A stretch of DNA of 40,018 bases from Methanomassiliicoccaceae archaeon (GTDB lineage Archaea; Thermoplasmatota; Thermoplasmata; Methanomassiliicoccales; Methanomethylophilaceae), in NCBI GenBank assembly GCA_009778275.1, contig WRKC01000102.1:1-40018 (forward strand), written 5' to 3'. A program made the position numbers and the translations under genes. Shown here one piece after another: positions 9,311-17,924 of this stretch. The notes below the pieces were generated by a model. It did no database searches, was not told the origin of the DNA, and worked only from the letters and a program-made list of their open reading frames with translations. Each line of letters starts with the position of its first letter. The stretch's first letter is position 1.

Positions 9311-10030
9311 ATGGAAAAAAAGGATCTTTACAATGCGATATGGAAGAGAAAGTCGGTAAGAAAGTATCTCGACAAACACGTAGAGAAAAGCAAGCTTGAC
9401 CAGCTCAGAAGGTCCATTTCCTCTCTCAACGAAGAGTCCGGGCTGACGATGGAACTCATCGAGGACAGCGACGCCTTCAATTCCATTAAGACATTTATGT
9501 TCAAGAACGTCCGTTCGGTGATAGCTGTCAAAGGGAGAACGGATGATCCCGACCTGCAGGAGAAGTGCGGATATTACGGCGAAGAGATCGTGCTGGAGGC
9601 CACCGCCTTGGGACTGGGCACCTGCTGGGTGGCCGCCTGGTCATTCAACTACAAGAGCGCTTCGCTTAACGTAAAGGATGATGAGACCATCATCTGCGGG
9701 ATACCTTTCGGTTACGGTACGGAGGGGATGAGCGAATCGACCACGGTGCCGATGAACCCCCACCGCAAAACAAAAAGCGTATCGGACTTCCTTGGCGGCA
9801 ACGCCAATGTCCCGGAATGGGTCACCTCTGCCATGAAATCAGTGCAGTTCGCGCCCACCTCATGGAACAGTCAGAAGACAAGATTCAGTTATGCGGATGA
9901 CAAACTCTCAGCGGAGATCCCCGAAGGCAGATTCACCATGATCGACTTCGGCATAACGAAGTACCACTTCGAGATCGCCGCTGAAGGAAAGTTCCCCCTG
10001 GGATCGCCGAGTGTGTTCGAAAAGCATTGA
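9311..10030 (+). CDS. Nitroreductase family protein
   Basis: RKSVRKY, GYYGEEIVLEATALGLGTCW, APTSWNSQ, IDFGITKYHFE; GAGGTG RBS before ATG 9311. Confidence 0.88.
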   Translation: MEKKDLYNAIWKRKSVRKYLDKHVEKSKLDQLRRSISSLNEESGLTMELIEDSDAFNSIKTFMFKNVRSVIAVKGRTDDPDLQEKCGYYGEEIVLEATALGLGTCWVAAWSFNYKSASLNVKDDETIICGIPFGYGTEGMSESTTVPMNPHRKTKSVSDFLGGNANVPEWVTSAMKSVQFAPTSWNSQKTRFSYADDKLSAEIPEGRFTMIDFGITKYHFEIAAEGKFPLGSPSVFEKH

Positions 10031-10208
10031 ATACCGTTCGCAGATCATACATCGATCGTCCGAATTCGGCCTAATTGTACGCTTAGGGGGCAACGCTCAG
10101 GTAGCCCGAAAAGTTCATTGATGCCATGGCCTTGTTCAACCGCATACGTGAGATTTTTGAGCGTACCCATGCGATGCGTCTGCGCTTGAACTTGCATCAG
10201 GTGAAAGG

Positions 10209-10258
10209 TTTGAAACTAAATTGTTTCAAAAATATTTATTGAAACAAAATTGTTTCAA
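10209..10258. repeat. Two tandem palindromes TTGAAAC-N6-GTTTCAA, 29-bp period
   Basis: TTTGAAACTAAATTGTTTCAAA (10209-10230) and TTGAAACAAAATTGTTTCAA (10239-10258). Confidence 0.75.
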
Positions 10259-10320
10259 AATATTGCCAGATGGTATTGTTCAACGAGTATCTCTGAGAGT
10301 CCGGTTGTGGCCTTCACTTA

Positions 10321-11103
10321 TCACTGCCGTTTTGTCATCATTTTTGCTGTTGAACGGTCGACCATCGTTGATGGCATTATTTTCGATGAAAAGACCAAGA
10401 TCTTGTTGTAAATCCCTGGAATATGCCTTACTTTGCCTTTCATCATGCTCCTGTATCCGGCATCCGCCACCTTTTCAGGTTCCATAACAAATCTGTTGCT
10501 GAAAATGGGTGCTCCGACAAGGTCCGCTTTTTCGGCGAATTTCGTTCTTGTTGCACCCGGACAGATCGTCGTCGCAGTCACACCGGTCCCTTTCAGTTCC
10601 TCTCTGACGGCTCTGGAAAAAAACAAAATGTAAGATTTTGTCGCTGAATAAACAGCGCTCATTGGGCAAGGCACGCATGAGGCCGTTGATCCTATGAAAA
10701 GTATCTTTCCGCTCTTCCTTGACACCATACCTGGCAATATCATCTTGGTCAGTTCGGTAACGAACACCGTATGCAGTTGTATCATGCCTTTTTCTTTTTC
10801 AATATCAATATCAACAAATTTTCCCGCCGCATCGAATCCGGCGTTGTGGACAAGATAATCGATATCTATCTCCAGCCTGCGCAGGTTCTCATATATCTTC
10901 GAAGCTGCATCGGGCGACTCAAGGTCCTGTGCGATCGCCCAGGTCTTCACCCCGTATTCCTCCTGTAGGCATTCTTGCTGCTTTTGAAGATTCTCGTGAT
11001 TGCGGGAAACAAGGATTAAGTCTATCTTTTCCTGCGCAAACTTTTCGCACAGCGCATATCCGATGCCACTTGTGGTCCCGGTGATGAGTGCTGTTTTATT
11101 CAT
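10321..11103 (-). CDS. Short-chain dehydrogenase/reductase (SDR)
   Basis: TGTTSGIG Rossmann motif, HNAG, catalytic YSATK, CPGATRT. Start at MNKTAL. Confidence 0.93.
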   Translation of the reverse strand: MNKTALITGTTSGIGYALCEKFAQEKIDLILVSRNHENLQKQQECLQEEYGVKTWAIAQDLESPDAASKIYENLRRLEIDIDYLVHNAGFDAAGKFVDIDIEKEKGMIQLHTVFVTELTKMILPGMVSRKSGKILFIGSTASCVPCPMSAVYSATKSYILFFSRAVREELKGTGVTATTICPGATRTKFAEKADLVGAPIFSNRFVMEPEKVADAGYRSMMKGKVRHIPGIYNKILVFSSKIMPSTMVDRSTAKMMTKRQ

Positions 11104-11542
11104 TCGGAGCACCCCCGAGGATCGACATGAACTCCTCCCAAACGGCATCCCAATTGCAATTGGGTTCGGCCTCAGTTATGCCTGCCCTTATATCTGCATC
11201 GTACAGTTCCAGCTTTTTGTCGATAAGCCTTTGAACGACCAATAATCTCTTCAGTTTTTCATCGACCTCATCTTTAAAGACACCGACCGTCCGACGTCTA
11301 TCTTCCTATGTGCTATGCGGGTCTTTTACCAGATCGATGTAGGCGCGGATGTTCTGGACCGGCATATCTACATTGCGCATACAACAGACCAGATATAGCC
11401 ATGATATGTCCGAATCCTTATACAGACGGTTCCCGACCTCATCGCGTGTTATCTCCGGCATGAGGCCTATTTTCTCATAATAACGCAAAGTGTGTTTTGA
11501 TAGCCCTAATCTGTTTCCCGCTTCCACTGTCGAATAGACCAT
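11096..11542 (-). CDS. MerR-family (AdhR/NmlR-like) regulator, 148 codons, with in-frame TAG at codon 79 (pyrrolysine readthrough or nonsense allele)
   Basis: HTH GLSKHTLRYYEKIGL...GNRLY. After TAG (11306-11308) the frame continues EDRRRTVGVFKDEVDEKLKRLLVVQRLIDKKLELYD... to a TAA overlapping the SDR start. Confidence 0.85.
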
Positions 11543-11579
11543 ATTCTCAAATGATAGACAATAGAAATATACTTTTGGA

Positions 11580-11595
11580 ATAGAGCGCACTCTAT
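11580..11595. promoter_or_regulatory. Palindrome ATAGAG-CGCA-CTCTAT, candidate MerR operator
   Basis: Dyad about 40 bp upstream of the merR start; resembles TAGAG-N4-CTCTA-type dyads of AdhR/NmlR regulators. Confidence 0.6.
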
Positions 11596-11711
11596 ACCCA
11601 GGTATGTGAAGAAAGCCGCTATTTCTGTTCCGTACGCACTTCTTAGACAAGAAGGATGAGGGATCCCCTGAAGATCCATCCTCGATAAATTATCGACAAG
11701 CACCCGACGAT

Positions 11712-12452
11712 TCATCCCTGCGAGCTATCCTGCAACCCTTTCAAAATACCGGATGCTTCCTCACTGCCTCTGGCCGCCGCTTTTCTGAACCACTTCTCGG
11801 CGTTGCTCCGGCTTTTTACCATGCCCTCTCCGCTCAGGGACATCTTCCCAAGCTGCAGCATGGCATCGGGGCTTCCTTCCTCCGCCGCCTTTGCCAGGAT
11901 CTTTGCGGCCTTGTCCGGGTCCTTCCGCATCCCTCTTCCCTCAAAGGTCATCATCCCCAGCCTGAACCTTGCCTTCGGATGTCCGATCTCTGCGCACTCG
12001 CCGTATATCTTCGCCGCTTCCCCCTCATCCTGAGGTATCCCGCGGCCCTCTTCTTTCATCACGCCTATCCTGTAATGGGCGGCGAGGTTGCCGTTCTCCG
12101 CTGCCTTGGTGTACCATCTCAGCGCCTCCTCCCAGTCCTGTTCGGTCCCCATGCCCTCGGAGAACATGTGCGCAAGGTTGAATTGAGCCCTCACATACCC
12201 CTGTTCCGCGGAGCACTTGTACAGTTTGAACGCTTTCTCCGCATCCTGGTACGCGCCGTATCCGTGCGTGAGCATGTACCCCATGTTGCATTGCCCCTCG
12301 GCATCTCCCTGCCTCGCGGAGAGCCTGAACCACATGAACGCCTTTTCCAGGTCCTTCTGCACTCCGTTGCCCTCGAAATACATGTATCCCATCGCGTTCT
12401 GCGCATGAGGGTCTCCCCCCGACGCGGCATCCAATACCTCTTTGAATCCCAA
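11712..12452 (-). CDS. Sel1-like repeat (SLR) protein, about 6 repeats
   Basis: 36-aa repeats such as AQFNLAHMFSEGMGTEQDWEEALRWYTKAAENG; TTG start preceded by GAGGTG. Confidence 0.92.
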   Translation of the reverse strand: MGFKEVLDAASGGDPHAQNAMGYMYFEGNGVQKDLEKAFMWFRLSARQGDAEGQCNMGYMLTHGYGAYQDAEKAFKLYKCSAEQGYVRAQFNLAHMFSEGMGTEQDWEEALRWYTKAAENGNLAAHYRIGVMKEEGRGIPQDEGEAAKIYGECAEIGHPKARFRLGMMTFEGRGMRKDPDKAAKILAKAAEEGSPDAMLQLGKMSLSGEGMVKSRSNAEKWFRKAAARGSEEASGILKGLQDSSQG

Positions 12453-12456
12453 ACTT

Positions 12457-13554
12457 TCACCTCACGATCACGGCGGAGTTCCTGACATGTATCTCCGGGT
12501 GTTCTATGTGCAGACTGAGCCTGTAGTAAGCTGTCAGATAGCCGTTCGCAGCTGCCATGGTGTAATATTTCAGGGCCTCGTCCAATTTCTTCTTCAGGCC
12601 TCTTCCTTCTTCATACAGAGTGCCGAGGGTGTACTGGGCATCCTCGGACCCGGCGACGGATGCCTTCGTCATCAGTTCGATCGCGATCTTATCGCTTCTC
12701 TTTACGAACACCCCCGCGTGATACATCATCGCCAAGGCGAACATCGCGTCAGGATTGCCCAGCTCCGCGGCCAAGATGTAATAGTCGAACGCTTTCTCTT
12801 CGTCCTCTTCTTCAAAGAACCTGTCTGCGGCTATCAGCGCCTGTTCCCTCACGATCTTCTCTTTCTCGACGCCGGTGTTCATGAGCTTTGTCTCTCTTTC
12901 CTCAAGAGAATCGTGTTTTCCCTTGTCGAGGGCGGAAAGCACCTCATGCCAGCATATGTTACACTTCTCGTGCCCCATATCCGCTCCCATCTTGTACCAC
13001 CTTCCGGCCTCAAAAAGGTCCGTTTCAACATCGAACAGACCGTATTCAAAGTTCCTGCCTATCCAATAGAACAGCTCCCCGTCTCCTTTGAGGCCCGTCT
13101 TTATGTACCATTGCTCCCGCTCGGATATGTCCGGGAGAACGCCGATGCCTCTTCCGTACATGTATCCGGTCATGAACATCGCCATCGTGTTCCCTTGGAC
13201 CGCTGCGGAGTACATACGTCTGAAGGCAGACCCTTCGTTCCTTTCCAGATATGTTCCGGTAAGATAGACGAACCCCATCTCGACCTTTGCCTCCGGAACC
13301 CCGGAATCCGCCGCGGCCCTTAGATAAAGAAGGAACATCTCTTCGTTTTTCTTGACGATCGTCCCGTCCCTGAATATCTTTGCCAATTCCCACTTCGCCC
13401 TTGAACATCCCACTTCCGACGATTTGACGTACCACTTCATAGCGAGCTCCGGATCCGGATCTATCTCTTTCCCATGATGGTACATGTAGGCGAGACCGAG
13501 TCTTGCATACGGGTTCCCGGCTTCCGCATCCTGGAATATCGTCCTCCCCGCCAT
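12457..13554 (-). CDS. Sel1-like repeat protein
   Basis: SLR repeats such as AQYTLGTLYEEGRGLKKKLDEALKYYTMAAANG. True start MAGRT at 13554 after GGAGGAGG; the longer ORF call overlaps the upstream gene. Confidence 0.9.
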   Translation of the reverse strand: MAGRTIFQDAEAGNPYARLGLAYMYHHGKEIDPDPELAMKWYVKSSEVGCSRAKWELAKIFRDGTIVKKNEEMFLLYLRAAADSGVPEAKVEMGFVYLTGTYLERNEGSAFRRMYSAAVQGNTMAMFMTGYMYGRGIGVLPDISEREQWYIKTGLKGDGELFYWIGRNFEYGLFDVETDLFEAGRWYKMGADMGHEKCNICWHEVLSALDKGKHDSLEERETKLMNTGVEKEKIVREQALIAADRFFEEEDEEKAFDYYILAAELGNPDAMFALAMMYHAGVFVKRSDKIAIELMTKASVAGSEDAQYTLGTLYEEGRGLKKKLDEALKYYTMAAANGYLTAYYRLSLHIEHPEIHVRNSAVIVR

Positions 13555-13565
13555 GTACCTCCTCC

Positions 13566-15032
13566 TTACCTCATCCTCTCGGCCTTGATCCTTTCCAATA
13601 GTACCTTGGCATCCGGGTCCCCCTGCTTCGCTGCCAAGGAAAGATATCTTTTCGCACGGGGTATGTTCCTTCCCACATATTTGCCGTCCATGTACAGTTT
13701 TCCGAGATAATACTGTCCCTCGAAGTACCCCGAATCGGCCGATGCGTTGAGAAGCCTCAGACCTTCTTCGATATCCTGTTCCACTCCCGACCCCGTAACG
13801 TAAAGCATGCCGAGGAACGCTCCCGCGCCGGGGTGTCCCTGCTCGGCCGCCTGTCCGAACCACATCGCCGCATCCTTCTCGCTCTTCTCCACCCCGCGCC
13901 CATCGTAGAAGAGGCATCCCAGACAGTACTGCGAGTTGACCTCTCCCATCTCCGCAGCCTCCGTGAAATATTTTGCGGCCGTCCCATCGTTCTTTTCGTA
14001 ATGGCTGCCGTTCCCGTACATGCAGGCCAAAGCGTACTGCGCATATCCGTTGCCGTTCGCAGCCGCCTTCTCGAACCATTTCGCGGCGATCGCCGCATTC
14101 TCTTCGAGCACCTCTCCCTCGTACCTCATGTTAGCATAATCCACCATCGCCTGCTGGAATCCGGACTCGCAGGAGGATTCCAGAAGGCGGATGGCCTTGG
14201 CTTCGTCCCTTCTGACGCCTTTGCCGTAAGCGTACATCATCCCCAATTGATACTGTGCCTCGCCGTGCCCTCCCGCCGCGGCCTTCTCCAGATATGCATG
14301 GGACCTCCCGGGGTCGTAACTCTTGGTCTTCGGCACCGAATAGTGCGCCGCCAGAGAATATTGGGCTTCCGTGCTGCCGGCGTCCGCTGCCAGCTTGTAC
14401 CACTTCTCCGCCTGTTTCGCATCGCTTTCCGTGTAGCAGAGCCCGGCCTCATACATTTCCCCAATGTGGCACATCGCATCCGCACTGCCGTTCTCGGATG
14501 CTTTCATCAACCAATAGAGCGCTTTGTCCTTGTCCTTGCCGACTCCCTTCCCCATCAGGTACATGAAGCCTATGGTGCACTGAGCGTGGACATCGTCCTC
14601 CTCGGCGCATACGGTGTACCATCTTACGGCGGTCCTGTGATCCTTTTTAACGGGCGGCCTCCCTTCCGTATAGAGAGCGAACAGTTCCCTGCATGCGTCG
14701 GTGTTCCTCTGTTCGCCTTTGAATTTAAGGGATATCAATTCTCCGATCTCATCTGCGCCGCCGTTCCTCTCCATCTCGTCCTGAAGCAGAGCGGCGTCCT
14801 CGCAGCCGGAGGCGGCCGATCTCGTTAAGAGTTCCTTTGCCGTCACCTCGTCCTTTGCGGACGACGTCCCGGTCAGGAGGAAGAGGGAATACAGATACTG
14901 AGCCTCGCTGCCGCCTTCCGAGGATGACCTTTCCAGCATCTCCGCCGCTTTGGCGAGATCGTATCCCTGCGAAGCGCAGTCCATGCGGGATCGTGCTTCA
15001 TAACAGGTGCTGTCGTTCCTCTCAGATGGCAT
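13566..15032 (-). CDS. Sel1-like repeat protein, about 11 repeats
   Basis: Tandem SLRs such as AQYQLGMMYAYGKGVRRDEAKAIRLLESSCESG. Confidence 0.92.
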   Translation of the reverse strand: MPSERNDSTCYEARSRMDCASQGYDLAKAAEMLERSSSEGGSEAQYLYSLFLLTGTSSAKDEVTAKELLTRSAASGCEDAALLQDEMERNGGADEIGELISLKFKGEQRNTDACRELFALYTEGRPPVKKDHRTAVRWYTVCAEEDDVHAQCTIGFMYLMGKGVGKDKDKALYWLMKASENGSADAMCHIGEMYEAGLCYTESDAKQAEKWYKLAADAGSTEAQYSLAAHYSVPKTKSYDPGRSHAYLEKAAAGGHGEAQYQLGMMYAYGKGVRRDEAKAIRLLESSCESGFQQAMVDYANMRYEGEVLEENAAIAAKWFEKAAANGNGYAQYALACMYGNGSHYEKNDGTAAKYFTEAAEMGEVNSQYCLGCLFYDGRGVEKSEKDAAMWFGQAAEQGHPGAGAFLGMLYVTGSGVEQDIEEGLRLLNASADSGYFEGQYYLGKLYMDGKYVGRNIPRAKRYLSLAAKQGDPDAKVLLERIKAERMR

Positions 15033-15262
15033 GTACTTACCATATGTGCACTGTATTTATCATTTTAGCTGATAAATAAATGTAAGTTCACCTGACCTCG
15101 ATCCGAAACAACGTGGCAGAATGCGATATACGCCCCGGCGGCGTGCCTGCCGGTCGGTGCGTGAGATGTCTTCACTGAAAGCGCACCGCACCCGTTCCCG
15201 CACGAATCGGGACAAGAACAGCTTGTCATAAAGAATATAACCATCGATAAATATCTGCATTC

Positions 15263-15952
15263 ATGCGCGAGGACTCAGGCATCCCGTTCGAAAGCCGGAT
15301 GGAGCCTTTGGAGTGGGCAAAGTTCATAATAAGAACCAAGTCCGAGAAGAATTACAATTCCGCCTTCTCGATACTTTCAGCTTCCGCCAACAAAGGGTCC
15401 TCGGATGCGGAGTTCTATCTCGGCCTCCTGTACTCCAGGGGGCAAGGCGTACGGAAGGACCTCGATGCAGCAAGGCACTGGTTCGAGCGCGCTTCCGAAG
15501 GGGGGAACCTGGGTGCGATGTACTTCATGGGTAAGATGTACAGCAAAGGCTACGGAGCGGAGAAGAACGCCAAGAAGGCCATCTCATTCCTCGGCACGCC
15601 CGCGCTTATGGGCGACCCGAGGGCCCAATATGAATTGGGATTGATCTATTTCGACGGCGACAGTGCGGAAAAGGACATCTCCACCGCGGTCAAGTGGTTC
15701 ACGATGTCCGCCGAGTCCGGCCATTCCGAGGCCCAGTTCGTGCTCGGGCAGTTGTACAAGACCGGATACGGCGTCGAAAAGAGCACGGAGAAGGCTCTGG
15801 ATTGGCTTACGTCGGCCGCCATGAACAAGCACAGGGGCGCCCAGATACTTCTCGGCAATATGTACGACACCGGGGACGGCGTTCCCGTGGATAAGGAAGA
15901 GGCCGACCGGTGGTACAGCATGAGGAACGATGCGGTTATTTCAGCCCTCTGA
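15263..15952 (+). CDS. Sel1-like repeat protein, about 5 repeats
   Basis: AEFYLGLLYSRGQGVRKDLDAARHWFERASEGG and similar repeats; divergent from the other three SLR genes. Confidence 0.92.
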   Translation: MREDSGIPFESRMEPLEWAKFIIRTKSEKNYNSAFSILSASANKGSSDAEFYLGLLYSRGQGVRKDLDAARHWFERASEGGNLGAMYFMGKMYSKGYGAEKNAKKAISFLGTPALMGDPRAQYELGLIYFDGDSAEKDISTAVKWFTMSAESGHSEAQFVLGQLYKTGYGVEKSTEKALDWLTSAAMNKHRGAQILLGNMYDTGDGVPVDKEEADRWYSMRNDAVISAL

Positions 15953-17612
15953 CCTTACCGTCGTCCGTCAGGTCCATTTTCATCGCCGCCGGCACCTTTG
16001 AGAGCCCGGGCATGAGCATCATCGTGCCGCATATAGGCACCACGAATCCCGCTCCCGCGGATAGCGCGACCTCCCTCACGCTGAGCTTCCACCCTTTGGG
16101 CGCCCCCTTAAGCTCGGCCACATCCGAGAGCGAATACTGCGTCTTCGCGACGCATATCGGGAGTTTTCCGAATCCTTTCTCCTCAAGGTCCTTCAGCGTC
16201 TTGTTCGCCTGAGCGGAATAGGTCACGCCGTCAGCGCCGTATATCCTGGTGGCTATCGTCTCGATCTTCTTCTTGAGGGGAGCTTCATCCTCGTACAGGA
16301 ACTTGAAGTCCTTCTTACCTTTCTCAAGAACCTCCACTACCTTTCTGGCAAGCTCCTCGGCTCCCTTCCCGCCTTCCATGAACGCATCGGATTGGACGCA
16401 ATCTGCTCCCAATTCCTTACAGTGGTCGCGCAGCATCTGCATGTGCTCCGGATCGTCGAACGAGAAGTGGTTTATCGAGACCACCACTGGTACGCCGTAT
16501 CCTTTCAGGTTCTCGATGTGCTTGTCGAGGTTGGACAGACCCTTTGTCAGGGCCTCTCTCGTCAGCGTTTCCGGCTCTTCGAGCTTGGCGCCGCCGTGCG
16601 TCATGAGCGCCCTGACCGATGCGACGATGACTATGCAGTCCGGAGATATCCCGGCCTGTCTGCAGACGATGTCCAAGAACTTCTCTCCTCCGAGGTCTGC
16701 GGCGAACCCGGCCTCCGTCACGGCGTAATCACCGAGTTTCATGGCGTATCTCGTCGCAATGACGCTGTTGTTCCCGTGCGCTATGTTCGCGAAGGGGAAC
16801 CCGTGCACGAACACCGGCTGGCCTTCGAGGGTTTGAACGAGATTCGGTTTCAGGGCGTCCTTGAGCAGTATCATCATGGCCCCGGCGCATCCGAGGTCCT
16901 TCACCGTTACCATTTCTCCGGTGTAGGTATAGGCGACGACCATCCTGTCGATCCTTTCCCTGAGGTCCTTGTAGCTGGTGGCAAGGGCGAGTATCGCCGA
17001 GATCTCCGATGCAGAGGTGATGAGGAATCCGCTTTCGTGCGTCACGCCGCCGGACAGCCTTCCGCCTCCGAGACCGACGATGATGTCCCTGAGTTCGCGG
17101 CAGTTCATGTCCATAGCTTTCTTCAGGACTATCCTTGACGGGTCTATCTTTAGGGGGTTGTCCCTTACGAGGTTGTTCTCCAGAATGGCCGACAACAGGT
17201 TATGCGCGGTGGATACCGCATGAATGTCCCCCGTGAAATGAAGGTCGATGTCCCACATGGGGTAGACCTGCGAGTATCCGCCGCCGGTGGCCCCCCCTTT
17301 CACGCCGAACGTCGGGCCTACGGAGGGCTCCCTGAGTGCGCCCACCACTTTCTTGCCTATGTGACTGAGGCCCTGGATGAGGCCGATGGTGGTCACCGTC
17401 TTTCCCTCTCCCGCAGGAGTGGGGGTCACGGCCGTGACCATTATCAGTTTCCCGTTCTTGTTGGCGTCGAACCTCGAAAGAACATCGAGGGGGATCTTTG
17501 CGATGTATTTCCCGTACTGGTCAATGTCCTCGGGCCTCAGACCTACGGTCGCGGCGATGTCGACTATGTTCCTGACGTTGGCTTCTTCTTCTATCTGAAT
17601 ATCGTCCTTCAT
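15936..17612 (-). CDS. fhs: Formate--tetrahydrofolate ligase
   Basis: TPTPAGEGKT, LREPSVGP, KGGATGGG, LHFTGD, PFANIAHG, TEAGF, AKTQYS, MPGL. Confidence 0.97.
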   Translation of the reverse strand: MKDDIQIEEEANVRNIVDIAATVGLRPEDIDQYGKYIAKIPLDVLSRFDANKNGKLIMVTAVTPTPAGEGKTVTTIGLIQGLSHIGKKVVGALREPSVGPTFGVKGGATGGGYSQVYPMWDIDLHFTGDIHAVSTAHNLLSAILENNLVRDNPLKIDPSRIVLKKAMDMNCRELRDIIVGLGGGRLSGGVTHESGFLITSASEISAILALATSYKDLRERIDRMVVAYTYTGEMVTVKDLGCAGAMMILLKDALKPNLVQTLEGQPVFVHGFPFANIAHGNNSVIATRYAMKLGDYAVTEAGFAADLGGEKFLDIVCRQAGISPDCIVIVASVRALMTHGGAKLEEPETLTREALTKGLSNLDKHIENLKGYGVPVVVSINHFSFDDPEHMQMLRDHCKELGADCVQSDAFMEGGKGAEELARKVVEVLEKGKKDFKFLYEDEAPLKKKIETIATRIYGADGVTYSAQANKTLKDLEEKGFGKLPICVAKTQYSLSDVAELKGAPKGWKLSVREVALSAGAGFVVPICGTMMLMPGLSKVPAAMKMDLTDDGKVRGLK

Positions 17613-17853
17613 TGGTTCACTGTTCAGGGAGAATGTTTTTCATCCATAAAAAGAGTAATAACGAATGACCCGCCGCCGGAGGCGGCTGTTCTTCGAAAAT
17701 AACAGACCCCGTACGGAACATATGCGGTCAGCCCCATCGATCATTCCTGTCTGCAAATGTCATATCGCAACACGCACGGGCCCCTGTCGGAACCTCTACG
17801 ATTATCGTATTCGCGGAATTGCTGTTTAAAAAATTAATCCTCTTGCTTAACTT

Positions 17854-17894
17854 GAATTTCGAAATTCGTAGGGCTTATCAAATCTATTTTATAT
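17854..17894 (+). promoter_or_regulatory. Perfect palindrome GAATTTCGAAATTC followed by TATA-like TTTTATAT upstream of the Hsp70-GTPase operon
   Basis: Palindrome at 17854-17867; TTTTATAT at 17887-17894, about 30 bp before ATG 17925. Confidence 0.5.
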
Positions 17895-17924
17895 CGCGTA
17901 GTATATATCTTCAAGCGATGGGAT

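Noticed and set aside
10223-10245. GTTTCAA...ATTGAAAC resembling CRISPR repeat ends
   Set aside because: Single 23-bp unit with no repeat-spacer periodicity, and no cas genes in the window.
13555-14079. N-terminal extension of the 540-aa ORF call (12457-14079)
   Set aside because: Overlaps the upstream Sel1 gene in another frame; a strong RBS marks the start at 13554.
17613-17850. THF or other riboswitch upstream of fhs
   Set aside because: Only a short GC hairpin; no recognisable aptamer consensus.
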